42,177 bases of DNA from an uncultured Candidatus Peribacteria bacterium (lineage in GTDB: Bacteria; Patescibacteriota; Gracilibacteria; Peribacterales; Peribacteraceae), in assembly GCA_964592265.1 (NCBI GenBank), contig CAZQCB010000001.1, forward strand, positions 1-42,177. The letters are read 5' to 3'. This document shows positions 1-9,214 of this stretch, one piece after another. The notes beneath the pieces were generated by a model. It was not told the origin of the DNA and did no database searches. It saw only the letters and a list, made by a program, of their open reading frames with translations. The first letter of the stretch is position 1. Every line of letters begins with the position of its first letter. A program made the position numbers and the translations under genes.

Positions 1-98
1 CCTACGTCGATCACATCTATTTCGCGCACGACTTCCCACCTTTTCCGGTCAATCAGCGGAATCTCATGGCTATCTTCTCTGTGAAGAAATCGTTATAG
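1..98 (+). CDS. 3' end of an upstream gene cut by the window edge (product unknown)
   Basis: Frame 3 is open from the window edge (..YVDHIYFAHDFPPFPVNQRNLMAIFSVKKSL) and ends at TAG 96-98. Only 32 codons are visible, so no family can be assigned. Confidence 0.25.
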   Translation, partial: YVDHIYFAHDFPPFPVNQRNLMAIFSVKKSL

Positions 99-99
99 T
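94..99 (+). promoter_or_regulatory. -10-like box TATAGT, 6 nt upstream of GTG106
   Basis: The plus strand reads TATAGT-gcccct-GTG. The same geometry recurs at many starts in the window. Confidence 0.35.
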
Positions 100-105
100 G
101 CCCCT

Positions 106-1029
106 GTGCCCCGCCTGCTTGCTGCATTCACGAATTCCGTCATGGAGCGCATCCGCCGCTCGCCTCTCTACTACGAGCGGTACAATAATACCTGCGATTT
201 CGCACTGAACAGGAACTATGCGAGGTACGCGCGGGCATGTCAGGCAACCTATGAAGCGAAGCACGGCCCTCTTCACCTTCCGCCCTCACCACTCTTTGAG
301 AATGCGGCGACTCTTGTCTACGGAGCATTTCCCGCGGCAAAGGCTTCCGCCTACTCGCGGACGATCACCGATTTGATCGAACGGAAGGATCCGAAAGCGA
401 AGCTCTCCGAACAGGAAGGGAGATCGGCGTACATTCAGTCTCCGCTCCAGACACTCGGCGCAGATCTCCTCGATGTCCTGAAGTTTTCCGACGTGCATCG
501 GAATCTGCTTTCTTTCTTCCGGAGCAACTACCGCATCCTCTGGGTCACATGCTTCCGCTCCTTCCCGGCCCCCAACGCCAAGGCAGGATCCCAACTGTGG
601 CATTCCGATTCTTTTCCTCCATTTACATGCAAGATGTTCCTCCACCTCACCCCGGCCACGGAAGAGAGCGGAGCAACGCAGTTTATGAATCGGTCGGACA
701 CCATGGCCTACCGCAGGGCGGGGTACTTCGGGCAGTACCAGGGTGAACGCTTCGCGGACATGCAGGATTTCGCCAGAGCACACAACCTCCCCTACCGGCC
801 CCTTCACCACACTGCTGCCGCCGGTGACGCCACGATCTTCGACATGAACTTCTTCCACCGGGCAGTTGCCCCCACTGCAACATTCCGGGACGTGGTGCAA
901 TTCTGCTTCGTGCCAAGCATGGCACCCTGGGAAGAGCAACTTGAGCGCGAAGGGGGAGTTGCCGCTCTTAGCGCTCGGGGCGTCAGCAAACTTCCGAGAG
1001 ATCCGCGCGAGACTGGCACCTTGTTATGA
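106..1029 (+). CDS. PhyH-like Fe(II)/2-oxoglutarate-dependent dioxygenase
   Basis: 307-aa ORF. A His-x-Asp (LWHSDSF) and a distal His (NFFHRAV) are spaced as in the 2-His-1-carboxylate facial triad. The start is GTG106; ATG142 is the alternative. The stop overlaps the next start (ATGA). Confidence 0.6.
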   Translation: MPRLLAAFTNSVMERIRRSPLYYERYNNTCDFALNRNYARYARACQATYEAKHGPLHLPPSPLFENAATLVYGAFPAAKASAYSRTITDLIERKDPKAKLSEQEGRSAYIQSPLQTLGADLLDVLKFSDVHRNLLSFFRSNYRILWVTCFRSFPAPNAKAGSQLWHSDSFPPFTCKMFLHLTPATEESGATQFMNRSDTMAYRRAGYFGQYQGERFADMQDFARAHNLPYRPLHHTAAAGDATIFDMNFFHRAVAPTATFRDVVQFCFVPSMAPWEEQLEREGGVAALSARGVSKLPRDPRETGTLL

Positions 1030-1742
1030 CAGAGAAAGACAGACTCGCCACCATAGGCCAAACGTACACGATGTACGATAAAGACCAAATCGTGAATGCC
1101 TTCCGCGCACAAACCATTGTAGAAAACGCAAAGGGGCCGAATATACTTGAACTTGGATGTGCAGATGGGCTCGTGACGAAGGAACTTTGTCAGAACTTCC
1201 ATGATGTCACAGCGGTCGATGCGTCGCTGGAGCTACTCACAAAAGCACGGCAATGCGCACCACGGGCGACCTTCGTCCATACGCTCTTCGAGGACTTCCA
1301 TCCTTCTGAACAGTACAACACTGTCATCTTGGGGCATGTTCTTGAACACGTAGAAAATCCCCTCACGATTCTCCAGATGATACCACCGTGGATGAACCAT
1401 GGCGGCATTGCCATCATCACTGTTCCAAATGGGGATTCCATTCATCGACGCGTTGGTGTAGAACTCGGTATGCTCCAGCAAACGACGGAGCTCAATGAGG
1501 ATGACATCCGGATTGGGCATCGGCGTGTATTCACGATCGAATCACTCCGCGATCTCGTGCATAAAGCAGGATTCACCATCCTTCGAGAGCAAGGGATACT
1601 CCTGAAACCTCTCAGTAACCGGCAAATGCTTCATTGGCCTCAGGAACTCTTCCAGGCGCTGTATCGACTGGGGAAGAAACTGCCCTGCGAATATGGTGGG
1701 GAGTTGTGCATCGTCTGTGACAGAACACCCCTGCAGACATGA
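1026..1742 (+). CDS. class I SAM-dependent methyltransferase
   Basis: 238 aa. Motif I is ILELGCADG, followed by VILGHVLEHV and GGIAIITVPN. ATGA overlaps occur at both ends. Confidence 0.85.
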   Translation: MTEKDRLATIGQTYTMYDKDQIVNAFRAQTIVENAKGPNILELGCADGLVTKELCQNFHDVTAVDASLELLTKARQCAPRATFVHTLFEDFHPSEQYNTVILGHVLEHVENPLTILQMIPPWMNHGGIAIITVPNGDSIHRRVGVELGMLQQTTELNEDDIRIGHRRVFTIESLRDLVHKAGFTILREQGILLKPLSNRQMLHWPQELFQALYRLGKKLPCEYGGELCIVCDRTPLQT

Positions 1743-2707
1743 TCGAAACATTCCATGGAATCACAGTTCTCGTAACCAGTATAGGGGCGACTGGGGCGCA
1801 GGGTGTCATAAAGGCACTGCGGAGGCAGCAGCGTTACCCTGTCAAAATAGTGGGATGTGATGCTCTGAGCGACAATGCTGGCAAATTGCTCGTCGATGCA
1901 TTTCACCACATACCACATGCAAATGATGCTCGATATGTATCCACGCTGCAGCACATCTGTGCATTGGAACACATCGACCTCCTCATACCCATGATGGACC
2001 CAGAAATCCTCACCATTGCCCAGCACCGCGGTGATTTTCAGTCATATCACCCCGTTACCCCCCCCTTACAGATTATTGTACTTTGCTCTGACAAACTTGC
2101 TTGCCAACACGCAGTGGAGCAGATCCCTGGCATCCGCTGCCCTCGTCTTTTCTCTTCACTGCAGGAAGCAACCCTGCCTGCGATTATCAAGCCAAGGGTG
2201 GGAACGGGATCGCAGGGGATGCGCATCATCCGCAAGAGAACTGAGATTTCAGAAGAACCTGGGGAAGGGTTCATTGTGCAAGAGTTCATTCATGGCACAG
2301 AATACAGTGTCGATACTTACGTCTCTGCTGATGGATATTTCGCTGCCTGTGTCCCGCGCCAGAGAGTGGCTGTAAAAAATGGCCTGTCAGTGAAGACACT
2401 CACCATAGAACATCCTCCTCTCATCCAGATGAGCACCTCTGTTCTGCGTGCACTTGGTGTCACCGGACCGGCGAATCTGCAGTTTATTGAAGATAAACAG
2501 GGAACGCTCTACTTCCTAGAGATAAATCCACGCTTTGGCGGTGCGTATATCGCTTCAGTGGAGGCAGGTCTCCAAGGTCCCCTGTATTTGCTCAATGAAC
2601 TCCAGGGAGATCCGATCGAGTACAAGGGGTATTGCCGCGGACTTCTCATGCTTCGCTACTGGGAGGAAGCATATACTCATACAGAAAATGCGGACGCTCT
2701 GGGTTGA
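1739..2707 (+). CDS. ATP-grasp family ligase
   Basis: 322 aa. ATP-grasp strings present: PAIIKPRVGTGSQGMRII, FIVQEFIHGTEYSVD and LYFLEINPRFGG. Confidence 0.8.
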   Translation: MIETFHGITVLVTSIGATGAQGVIKALRRQQRYPVKIVGCDALSDNAGKLLVDAFHHIPHANDARYVSTLQHICALEHIDLLIPMMDPEILTIAQHRGDFQSYHPVTPPLQIIVLCSDKLACQHAVEQIPGIRCPRLFSSLQEATLPAIIKPRVGTGSQGMRIIRKRTEISEEPGEGFIVQEFIHGTEYSVDTYVSADGYFAACVPRQRVAVKNGLSVKTLTIEHPPLIQMSTSVLRALGVTGPANLQFIEDKQGTLYFLEINPRFGGAYIASVEAGLQGPLYLLNELQGDPIEYKGYCRGLLMLRYWEEAYTHTENADALG

Positions 2708-3320
2708 TATGGATGGCACGTTGATCTTGGTCCGAAGACGCTTTTGTGAGGTTCACAGAGCAGTATGTCGGAGACTTGGCATCTCTCCATGCAGAGATCA
2801 AGAGTATTGGCAGGCCAAGTGTGAAGGCATCTCCTCGCTCGAAATCCTTGGAAGGCAGGGGGGAGAACAGCACTGGGAAAAGTACAAAATACTCCGCAGC
2901 CAGCTCATGGAGAGCCAGGAATTCCTCAGAATGGATACACTCCGCGCAGGGGCAATTGCTGCACTCACTGCTCTCAGGCATAGTTACAACCTTCTCCTCC
3001 TCTCTGGCCGGACATCGGCAGAGCAACTTCGATGGCAACTCAAGATGTTGCACATACGCCACTTCTTCCATGAGGTGTATATCGTTTCCCCCTACGCAAC
3101 ATGGGGGGACAAAGCAGCAGTGCTCGTCCAGCATGGTTCACCCAGCGATATTGTCATCGGCGATACTTCTATGGACATCCTCGCAGGTACCTCCGTGGGC
3201 GCGCACACCATTGCCATCACGGGTGGGTTGTCGACAGAGGGGAGACTGCTGGAGTGCAAGCCAGAGTACGTCGTCCATCGGTGGACTGCTATTCTCTCCG
3301 CTTGCTCAGTCCTCTCTTAG
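2688..3320 (+). CDS. HAD-superfamily hydrolase (phosphatase-like)
   Basis: The track ORF starts at 2535, but HAD motif I follows the internal ATG2688 (MRTLWVDMDGTL, a DxDGT motif). A late motif IVIGDTSMDILAG is present. The gene overlaps the ATP-grasp gene by 20 nt. Confidence 0.75.
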   Translation: MRTLWVDMDGTLILVRRRFCEVHRAVCRRLGISPCRDQEYWQAKCEGISSLEILGRQGGEQHWEKYKILRSQLMESQEFLRMDTLRAGAIAALTALRHSYNLLLLSGRTSAEQLRWQLKMLHIRHFFHEVYIVSPYATWGDKAAVLVQHGSPSDIVIGDTSMDILAGTSVGAHTIAITGGLSTEGRLLECKPEYVVHRWTAILSACSVLS

Positions 3321-4567
3321 AGCTGAAGGGAACGCAAACAGCTGAGTGTCGGCTTGCAAGGAGTCTCATACACCATCGATCCCACTGGGAGCAGCGCACG
3401 AAAACGCCGGTAGAGCTCCTCGTACTCCTCACTGAGCGTCACATCCCTCTGAAAGAGATGGAGTTCGAGCATTTCATTCACCGCCGCGTGGAGGTCTTCT
3501 GGAGTGTTGTCGGCATGCACGAAACCGGAACGATCGAATTGCTCATTGCTGTTGAAACAGAGAACAGGAAGACGAAACATCTCCTGTGCCGTGAGAACTC
3601 TTCCCGTGCGGCGTTCCAGAAGTTTCTTGTAGATGATGCGCTGATTGTCGCGGCAGCCGGTGATGTAGTACAGCGCTGCATTGGTTACAAGAGTCGGGGT
3701 GGAGAACGCAATCGCAATCGCGAGCGGCCCGCTCTGACCACAAATAAGGAAAAGGCACTGTGTGAGGAAATAGAGATCGCAGAGTGCACGGTCACAGGGG
3801 AAATCGCGGTATCCGAGGACGCGCTCCATCCCTGGGAACACATCGCGAGGATCGTAATCCCCTCCACAGAAGACCCACCCTCCCTGCTTGTGCACATGCT
3901 CAATGGCAGCTCGGTACGTCTCAGGGTTCATATCGCGCACTTCCACCGCACCCTGTTGTTTCTTGCGAAAGTAAAGAGAGACGAACCACCGTTCGGCGAG
4001 CGCGGGGTGTTCGCGGCGAAGGATGTCCCGGAGGGTTTGCACATGCGCAGTGATCGGCCGGATGACGGACGGCTCCCGCGACGAGAGAAGATTCGAGTAT
4101 TCTACTACATAGAAGCCTTCGGCGGGGGGTCCAAATCGCTCGAAAAATGTCGCGACAAACTGCGCCCTGCTCCGGACGAGACACAGTACTAGACGAAGGA
4201 CGCGGTTCTTCACCCATGTGATTTCCAACGATTTTAGAAAGTGCAACGGAAATCTGGCATGCCGAAGATCGACGATATTCATATGAGGCCGGAAGGCATC
4301 CACGATGTAGCGATTGAAATTGCCGTAGTCACTGAGAAGCACGAGGAGCTTCTTCCCCTGAAAGCGCAGCGCAAGCATATGGGGATCGGTCGCCTGGTGC
4401 CCGAAGCTCCAAAACCAGAGAGGGGCGACGTACTCCGCTTTCCGAAGAACAGACAGGTGACAGAGGACGGAAAAAAAATACTCTGCTCCGCAATACGCGA
4501 GCGCAAGCGGTCGGATTATGGCACGAAAAAGTTCCCTCATTCCCTTCGTCAATCTGGCGGCTGACAT
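3317..4567 (-). CDS. hypothetical protein, possibly a GT-B-like transferase
   Basis: Long minus-strand ORF (the track gives TTG4630). The first ATG at 4567 clears the upstream stop at 4605. I can name no motif with certainty. A Rossmann-like stretch GGWVFCGGDYDPRD...LFLICGQSGP and the glycan context are suggestive only. The stop overlaps the HAD stop (TTAG). Confidence 0.5.
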   Translation of the reverse strand: MSAARLTKGMRELFRAIIRPLALAYCGAEYFFSVLCHLSVLRKAEYVAPLWFWSFGHQATDPHMLALRFQGKKLLVLLSDYGNFNRYIVDAFRPHMNIVDLRHARFPLHFLKSLEITWVKNRVLRLVLCLVRSRAQFVATFFERFGPPAEGFYVVEYSNLLSSREPSVIRPITAHVQTLRDILRREHPALAERWFVSLYFRKKQQGAVEVRDMNPETYRAAIEHVHKQGGWVFCGGDYDPRDVFPGMERVLGYRDFPCDRALCDLYFLTQCLFLICGQSGPLAIAIAFSTPTLVTNAALYYITGCRDNQRIIYKKLLERRTGRVLTAQEMFRLPVLCFNSNEQFDRSGFVHADNTPEDLHAAVNEMLELHLFQRDVTLSEEYEELYRRFRALLPVGSMVYETPCKPTLSCLRSLQL

Positions 4568-4604
4568 GCGAGAATACTGCCGGATGAGGATGTACGCGGC
4601 AACG

Positions 4605-5372
4605 TTAATCCGTTCTTTCCAGATGAGCAAAGTTATCCACTTCCTTCACCAGACGAAAACCTTTTCCGTCGATCTCTTTCATCAGGAGATGTTCACCGGT
4701 AATGTTTTTATGGAAGCGGCCGATTACTGCGTCGTCGAGGATAAGCGCTCCCCCTTTGCGTAATCTCTTCCCCCACCTCTCAAATTCGATTTTCACATCA
4801 TCATACCTATGGCTTCCATCGATGAGCACAAGGTCCAGCTCTCCAGTGTCGATCTGGATCGTTCGAGAATCTCCGACGAGGAGATGTGCTTTCAGCCCCA
4901 AACGATCAAGCATTCTCTGCAACTCCTCATCGAATGCCTTCTGTTCTTTGCCATATAACCTGTTCACTTTTTCACCAATATCAATACTCCAGAGGTCGCC
5001 TCCAGCGCATGCTGCCGCAAGCACTAGAGTTGACCCCCCTTTGTATCGACCGATCTCCACAATTTTTTTCGCACGCATCTTGCGAACGAGCCCGAAGAGG
5101 TAGGCCGCCTGCCGTATTGTCATAGAAATGATTCCTTGATTCAGTTCGGAGCTTGTGAAAAGCCCAGCAAGGTGATCGAAGCGGACTTCTCCTTCAACGG
5201 GGGTGTCCATGTATATGTCTTTCATCCGAGGCTTACGATTGATGTGCGGACCAATGACTCCGTAGAGCTCGTGCGGCCGGTGGATCATCACCTGTTCAAC
5301 AATGGAGAGCTTAGCCCCTTTGGGGAGTGTTCGGCTCAGAAGTGTACCCAGGGACTTGGAGAGACTCGTCAT
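4605..5372 (-). CDS. class I SAM-dependent methyltransferase (Methyltransf_24/CmcI-like)
   Basis: The track ORF (to 5786) runs into the divergent gene. ATG5372 gives 255 aa containing KIVEIGRYKGGSTLVLA and LVLIDGSHRYDDV. Confidence 0.75.
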   Translation of the reverse strand: MTSLSKSLGTLLSRTLPKGAKLSIVEQVMIHRPHELYGVIGPHINRKPRMKDIYMDTPVEGEVRFDHLAGLFTSSELNQGIISMTIRQAAYLFGLVRKMRAKKIVEIGRYKGGSTLVLAAACAGGDLWSIDIGEKVNRLYGKEQKAFDEELQRMLDRLGLKAHLLVGDSRTIQIDTGELDLVLIDGSHRYDDVKIEFERWGKRLRKGGALILDDAVIGRFHKNITGEHLLMKEIDGKGFRLVKEVDNFAHLERTD

Positions 5373-5471
5373 CAAGAGGAACGGTACACATGAAAACTGT
5401 CCAGAGCAATCAGACAGATGGGAAGATCTCCGCCCTTGATATGCTATTGTGTTCTGCGTTTTCCCCTCCAA

Positions 5472-6398
5472 ATGAAGAAGATCATTGTTACGACCACCAT
5501 CAACCCCCCAACCGAAGCCATTCTCCAATTCTGCAAGAAAAAGGATTGGGACATCGTCATCGTCGGGGACAGGAAAACGCCGCACGAAGCGTACGAAAAA
5601 CTCTGCACGGAGTACCCGCAGGTCACGTATATGAACCCTGCACTCCAGGAAAAAAAGTACAAAGCTTTGAGCGATAGCATTGGATGGAATTCCATCCAGC
5701 GCAGAAGCATCGGCTTCATTGAAGCGTATGGTATGGGAGCAGATATCCTCGCAACGGTCGATGACGACAACATTCCCTATGAGCACTGGGGCGAGAACGT
5801 ATACATCGGTTCGGAGATCGACGTGGAGTGCTTCGGGGCGGAGAACGGCTACTTCGATCCCTTAAGCGTCACGAATGCTGCACACCTCTGGCATCGCGGC
5901 TACCCCATCGAGCACGTGCAGACGAAGAACAAGGTGACATCTCTCGGGAAAGTGAAGCGGAAGGTCCTCGTCCAAGCCGACCTCTGGGACGGAGATCCGG
6001 ACATTGATGCCATAGCCCGCATTGCGTTCCGGCCAAACGTCACACTGGATGTGCAGGAATTTTTTTGCACAAAGCAGTTCTCTCCCTTTAATAGCCAAAA
6101 TACCTTCATCCACCGCTCGATCATCCCCTTCTACATGATGCTGCCCCATATTGGCCGCATGGACGATATCTGGGCGGCGTACATGGTGCAAAAGCAGTTC
6201 CCGGACTCCGTGATCTACGGACCTGCATCCGTCACGCAAGCGCGCAATATGCATAATCTCGTTGCCGATCTCGAGCAGGAGATCATCGGGTACCGAAACA
6301 CTTTGAAGTTCATCGAAGGGACGTACGCGCTTCCGGAGGAGACGAAGAAAGCCTACGACGCCTACAGGCGGTGTTTCGCCTCACTCACTCATGCCTAA
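5472..6398 (+). CDS. STELLO/DUF288-like glycosyltransferase
   Basis: The start MKKIIVTTTINPPTEA is at ATG5472. The protein is collinear with remembered STELLO strings: IVIVGDRKTP, ATVDDDN, WHRGYPIEHV, DGDPDIDAI and PFNSQNTF. Confidence 0.7.
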   Translation: MKKIIVTTTINPPTEAILQFCKKKDWDIVIVGDRKTPHEAYEKLCTEYPQVTYMNPALQEKKYKALSDSIGWNSIQRRSIGFIEAYGMGADILATVDDDNIPYEHWGENVYIGSEIDVECFGAENGYFDPLSVTNAAHLWHRGYPIEHVQTKNKVTSLGKVKRKVLVQADLWDGDPDIDAIARIAFRPNVTLDVQEFFCTKQFSPFNSQNTFIHRSIIPFYMMLPHIGRMDDIWAAYMVQKQFPDSVIYGPASVTQARNMHNLVADLEQEIIGYRNTLKFIEGTYALPEETKKAYDAYRRCFASLTHA

Positions 6399-7053
6399 GA
6401 CAATCGTCATCGTCGGCGGGAATGCCGGCGCACGCATTGCGTGTGACATCTTCCGTGCGAGCAAGGCATCACAGGCATTCCGTCTTCTCGACTCCTTCGC
6501 GCCGGATGCGTCCTGGAGCGGCAAGCCGCCGAAGGCGATGCCCGGAAAGAAAGAGGATGCAGAAAACATCCAGTTCCTTGCGGAGAAGGACGTCGCCTAC
6601 TTCGTCGCGACGGGCGATAATGCAATGCGGAAGGAGATCACGGAGTTTCTCATCGGGAAGACGGGGAAGGAGCCCACAAACTGCATTCACCCCTCCGCCG
6701 TCATCGCGCCGACTGCGGAGCTCGGATATGGAAATCTCGTCTGCCCGCTCGCGGTGATTCACACGCAGGCCAGGATTGGCAATGGCACAATCGTGAATTC
6801 CGGCGCAGTCATCGAGCACGACTGCGTCGTCGGGGAGTACGCGCAAATTTCGCCCAATGTTTCCCTCGCGGGGCGGGTGATCGTCGGGGAGCTCGCCTTT
6901 GTTTCGACCGGCGCAATCGTCATCCCGGAGATCACGATCGGGAGAGAGTCCGTTGTTGCTGCCGGAGCGGTGGTCCTCGACTCTGTCGCGCCGCGGACGA
7001 TGGTCGCGGGGTGTCCCGCCGTTTTCAAGAAAACCCTCCCATCCCATGGCTGA
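6391..7053 (+). CDS. NeuD/PglD-type sugar N/O-acyltransferase (hexapeptide repeat)
   Basis: 220 aa. An N-terminal Rossmann-like IVIVGGNAGA is followed by a left-handed beta-helix repeat run (IGNGTIVNSGAVIEHDCVVGEYAQISPNVSLAGRVIVGE). 8-nt overlaps occur on both sides. Confidence 0.85.
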   Translation: MPKTIVIVGGNAGARIACDIFRASKASQAFRLLDSFAPDASWSGKPPKAMPGKKEDAENIQFLAEKDVAYFVATGDNAMRKEITEFLIGKTGKEPTNCIHPSAVIAPTAELGYGNLVCPLAVIHTQARIGNGTIVNSGAVIEHDCVVGEYAQISPNVSLAGRVIVGELAFVSTGAIVIPEITIGRESVVAAGAVVLDSVAPRTMVAGCPAVFKKTLPSHG

Positions 7054-8173
7054 TATCCCCATCTTCCGGCTGGAGTTCGAGGAGACATTCGTGAAGAAAT
7101 TTGAACGGGGAGTCCGGGACATTCTGCACTCGGACGCCATGTCGGAAGGGCGGTACGTGAGGAAATTCGAAGAGAAGTTCAAAGCGTTCGTCCATGCGGA
7201 CTACGCCGTTGCCGTCTCCTCCGGCACCGCAGCGCTGGAAATCGCACTCCGCGCACTCGACGTGCGCAAGAAAACCGTCCTCATGCCGACGAATACGTTC
7301 TTCGCAACTTCCATTGCCGCCGTGAACGCGGGGGCTGATTTCCGCTTGCTCGATATTGAGGGGGAGAGTCTCAGCATCGACCCCGGGGCGCTCGAGAGCG
7401 CTCTCCAAAAATCCCGGAAGGGCGAGATTGGCGCAGTGATCATCGTGCACGTCGGCGGCATCATCTCGGCGCACATGCCGGAGATCATCAGGATCTGCAA
7501 ACGCTACGGTGCGCCCCTGATCGAAGACGCCGCGCATGCCCATGGATCCATGCGGCACGGTCTCTCCGCCGGAACCATTGGAGCACTCGGCTGCTTCAGC
7601 TTCTTCCCGACGAAGGTCATGACGACGGGCGAAGGAGGGATGGTGACGACGAATGATCCTGCCCTCTTCGAAGAGAGTGTCTCCCTGAAGGACTTTGGAA
7701 GACCTGCGCGAAATGCCTACACGTTTGTCCGGGAACAGGGTGCAAACGCGAAGGTCCCCGAGATGATCGGTCTCTTCGGGGTGCTCGAATGTGAACGTGT
7801 GCGGAGGCGGATTGCGCGGAGGAATACGCTCGTGAGGCGCTATGCGAAGAATCTCAAGTCTTCCGGGTATGTCCCTGTGCTCCAGAGCGATGGTGCGTGT
7901 TCGTACTACAAGTGCATCCTCAGGCTCCCGCGCGGGATAGACCCAGGAAAGCTCAAACGTTTCTGCAAGGAGCGGGGAGTAAGCCTCACCGGCGAAGTCT
8001 ATAGCGTCCCGCTCCATGAACAGCCGCTCTACCAGAAAAAATTTGCGGACTTCTCCTTCCCGCATGCTGATTTGTTCTGCGCCCATCACATCTGTCCTCC
8101 GCTCTATCCGGAACTGTCCAATGATGAAGTCGATACTGTGTGTCAGGTACTCTTACAGGCAGAGCAGCTATGA
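7046..8173 (+). CDS. DegT/DnrJ/EryC1-family sugar aminotransferase
   Basis: 375 aa from ATG7046. SSGTAALEIAL and DAAHA are present, and the Schiff-base Lys lies in FSFFPTKVMTTGEGG. Confidence 0.85.
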   Translation: MADIPIFRLEFEETFVKKFERGVRDILHSDAMSEGRYVRKFEEKFKAFVHADYAVAVSSGTAALEIALRALDVRKKTVLMPTNTFFATSIAAVNAGADFRLLDIEGESLSIDPGALESALQKSRKGEIGAVIIVHVGGIISAHMPEIIRICKRYGAPLIEDAAHAHGSMRHGLSAGTIGALGCFSFFPTKVMTTGEGGMVTTNDPALFEESVSLKDFGRPARNAYTFVREQGANAKVPEMIGLFGVLECERVRRRIARRNTLVRRYAKNLKSSGYVPVLQSDGACSYYKCILRLPRGIDPGKLKRFCKERGVSLTGEVYSVPLHEQPLYQKKFADFSFPHADLFCAHHICPPLYPELSNDEVDTVCQVLLQAEQL

Positions 8174-9192
8174 AAAATCGCGTTGCACAATTAGTGGACA
8201 TCGGCAGAGTGGAACTCCGGGAAGAGGAAACGTCTCCACTTCAGAACGGGGAAGTTTTGGTTGCGATCCGCGCCGCGGGACTCTGCGGCTCCGATAGGCA
8301 TTACTTCCTGCATGGCGGGCTTGGCTCCTTCAAACAAAAACTGCCGATGCCGATGGGACACGAGGCCGCTGGGGAAGTCGTCGAGAGCAGGAGCACCAAG
8401 TTTCAGCCTGGCGATCGCGTCGCGGTGGAACCGGCAAGACATTGCGATGCCTGCGCAGACTGCCTGCGGGGAAAATATAATCTCTGTACGCGCGGCACGT
8501 TCATGGGGGCGAACGCGCAGGGCGCTTTCAGCGACTACGTCGCAGTGCATGAGAAGCAGCTCATGAAAATTCCCGATGCGATGTCCTATGAGATGGGAGC
8601 CCTCCTCGAACCTCTCGGGGTCGTGCTGCACGCCCTCAACCTCCACCCAGTCACCCCGGATGACACGGCGACGATCTTCGGATGCGGCCCCATCGGTCTC
8701 TCCATGCTCTACATTCTGCAAAAGAAAGGCGTAGAGCGGATCTTCATGGTTGATCGACTGCCGTACCGTAGAGCATTTGCGAAGGAGTTCGGAGCGAGTG
8801 CCACTTTTCTTCTGGGAGATCCGTGGCAGGGAGAGATCCGGGAGAAAACCTCGGGTCGGGGAACATCCCTGAACATCGACGCTGCGGGCGAAGAAGCTTC
8901 CATCAACGGTTGTATGCAGACGGCGATGAGCGCCGGGCATATTATGCTGATCGGGATTCCCGAGACCGATTTCGTCCCTTTGAATCCCCACAAAATGCGC
9001 ATGAAGGAGCTGACCCTCCAGAACGTGCGCCGCTCCAATCAAACGCTTGAGGAGTGTATTCGGCTCACGACGGGGGACGATACGCTCGCGCGCATGATCA
9101 CCCACAAACTGCCTTTAGAATCGCTTCAGAAAGGGTTGGAGCTCACAGGGGACTACCAGGACGGGGTCATAAAATGCATGATTCTTGGGTAG
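8170..9192 (+). CDS. zinc-dependent MDR alcohol/polyol dehydrogenase
   Basis: 340 aa from ATG8170 (ATGA overlap). GLCGSDRHYF, GHEAAGEV, a structural-Zn Cys cluster CDACADCLRGKYNLC and a Rossmann GCGPIGL are present. Confidence 0.85.
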   Translation: MKNRVAQLVDIGRVELREEETSPLQNGEVLVAIRAAGLCGSDRHYFLHGGLGSFKQKLPMPMGHEAAGEVVESRSTKFQPGDRVAVEPARHCDACADCLRGKYNLCTRGTFMGANAQGAFSDYVAVHEKQLMKIPDAMSYEMGALLEPLGVVLHALNLHPVTPDDTATIFGCGPIGLSMLYILQKKGVERIFMVDRLPYRRAFAKEFGASATFLLGDPWQGEIREKTSGRGTSLNIDAAGEEASINGCMQTAMSAGHIMLIGIPETDFVPLNPHKMRMKELTLQNVRRSNQTLEECIRLTTGDDTLARMITHKLPLESLQKGLELTGDYQDGVIKCMILG

Positions 9193-9200
9193 GATTCTTG

Positions 9201-9206
9201 TAGAGT
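9201..9206 (+). promoter_or_regulatory. -10-like box TAGAGT, 8 nt upstream of ATG9215
   Basis: The sequence reads TAGAGT-atgtccac-ATG, in the 22-nt gap after the dehydrogenase stop. Confidence 0.3.
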
Positions 9207-9214
9207 ATGTCCAC

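Noticed and set aside
3101-4192. 363-aa plus-strand ORF antisense to the 3317-4567 gene
   Set aside because: It is Arg/His-rich and low-complexity with no motif. It lies entirely opposite a longer ORF that fits the operon structure. This is a typical shadow ORF in G+C-rich DNA.
4471-4478. Homopolymer tracts (A8 at 4471-4478, 13898-13905 and 36031-36038; several A7/T7) as phase-variation switches
   Set aside because: The lengths are below those usually associated with appreciable slippage. They encode ordinary Lys/Phe runs in enzymes not expected to be phase variable.
7025-9105. Minus-strand ORFs 7025-8089 (354 aa) and 8191-9105 (304 aa)
   Set aside because: They are antisense to the aminotransferase and Zn-dehydrogenase genes, both of which carry unambiguous catalytic motifs. 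The antisense products are Arg/Glu-rich with no domain strings.
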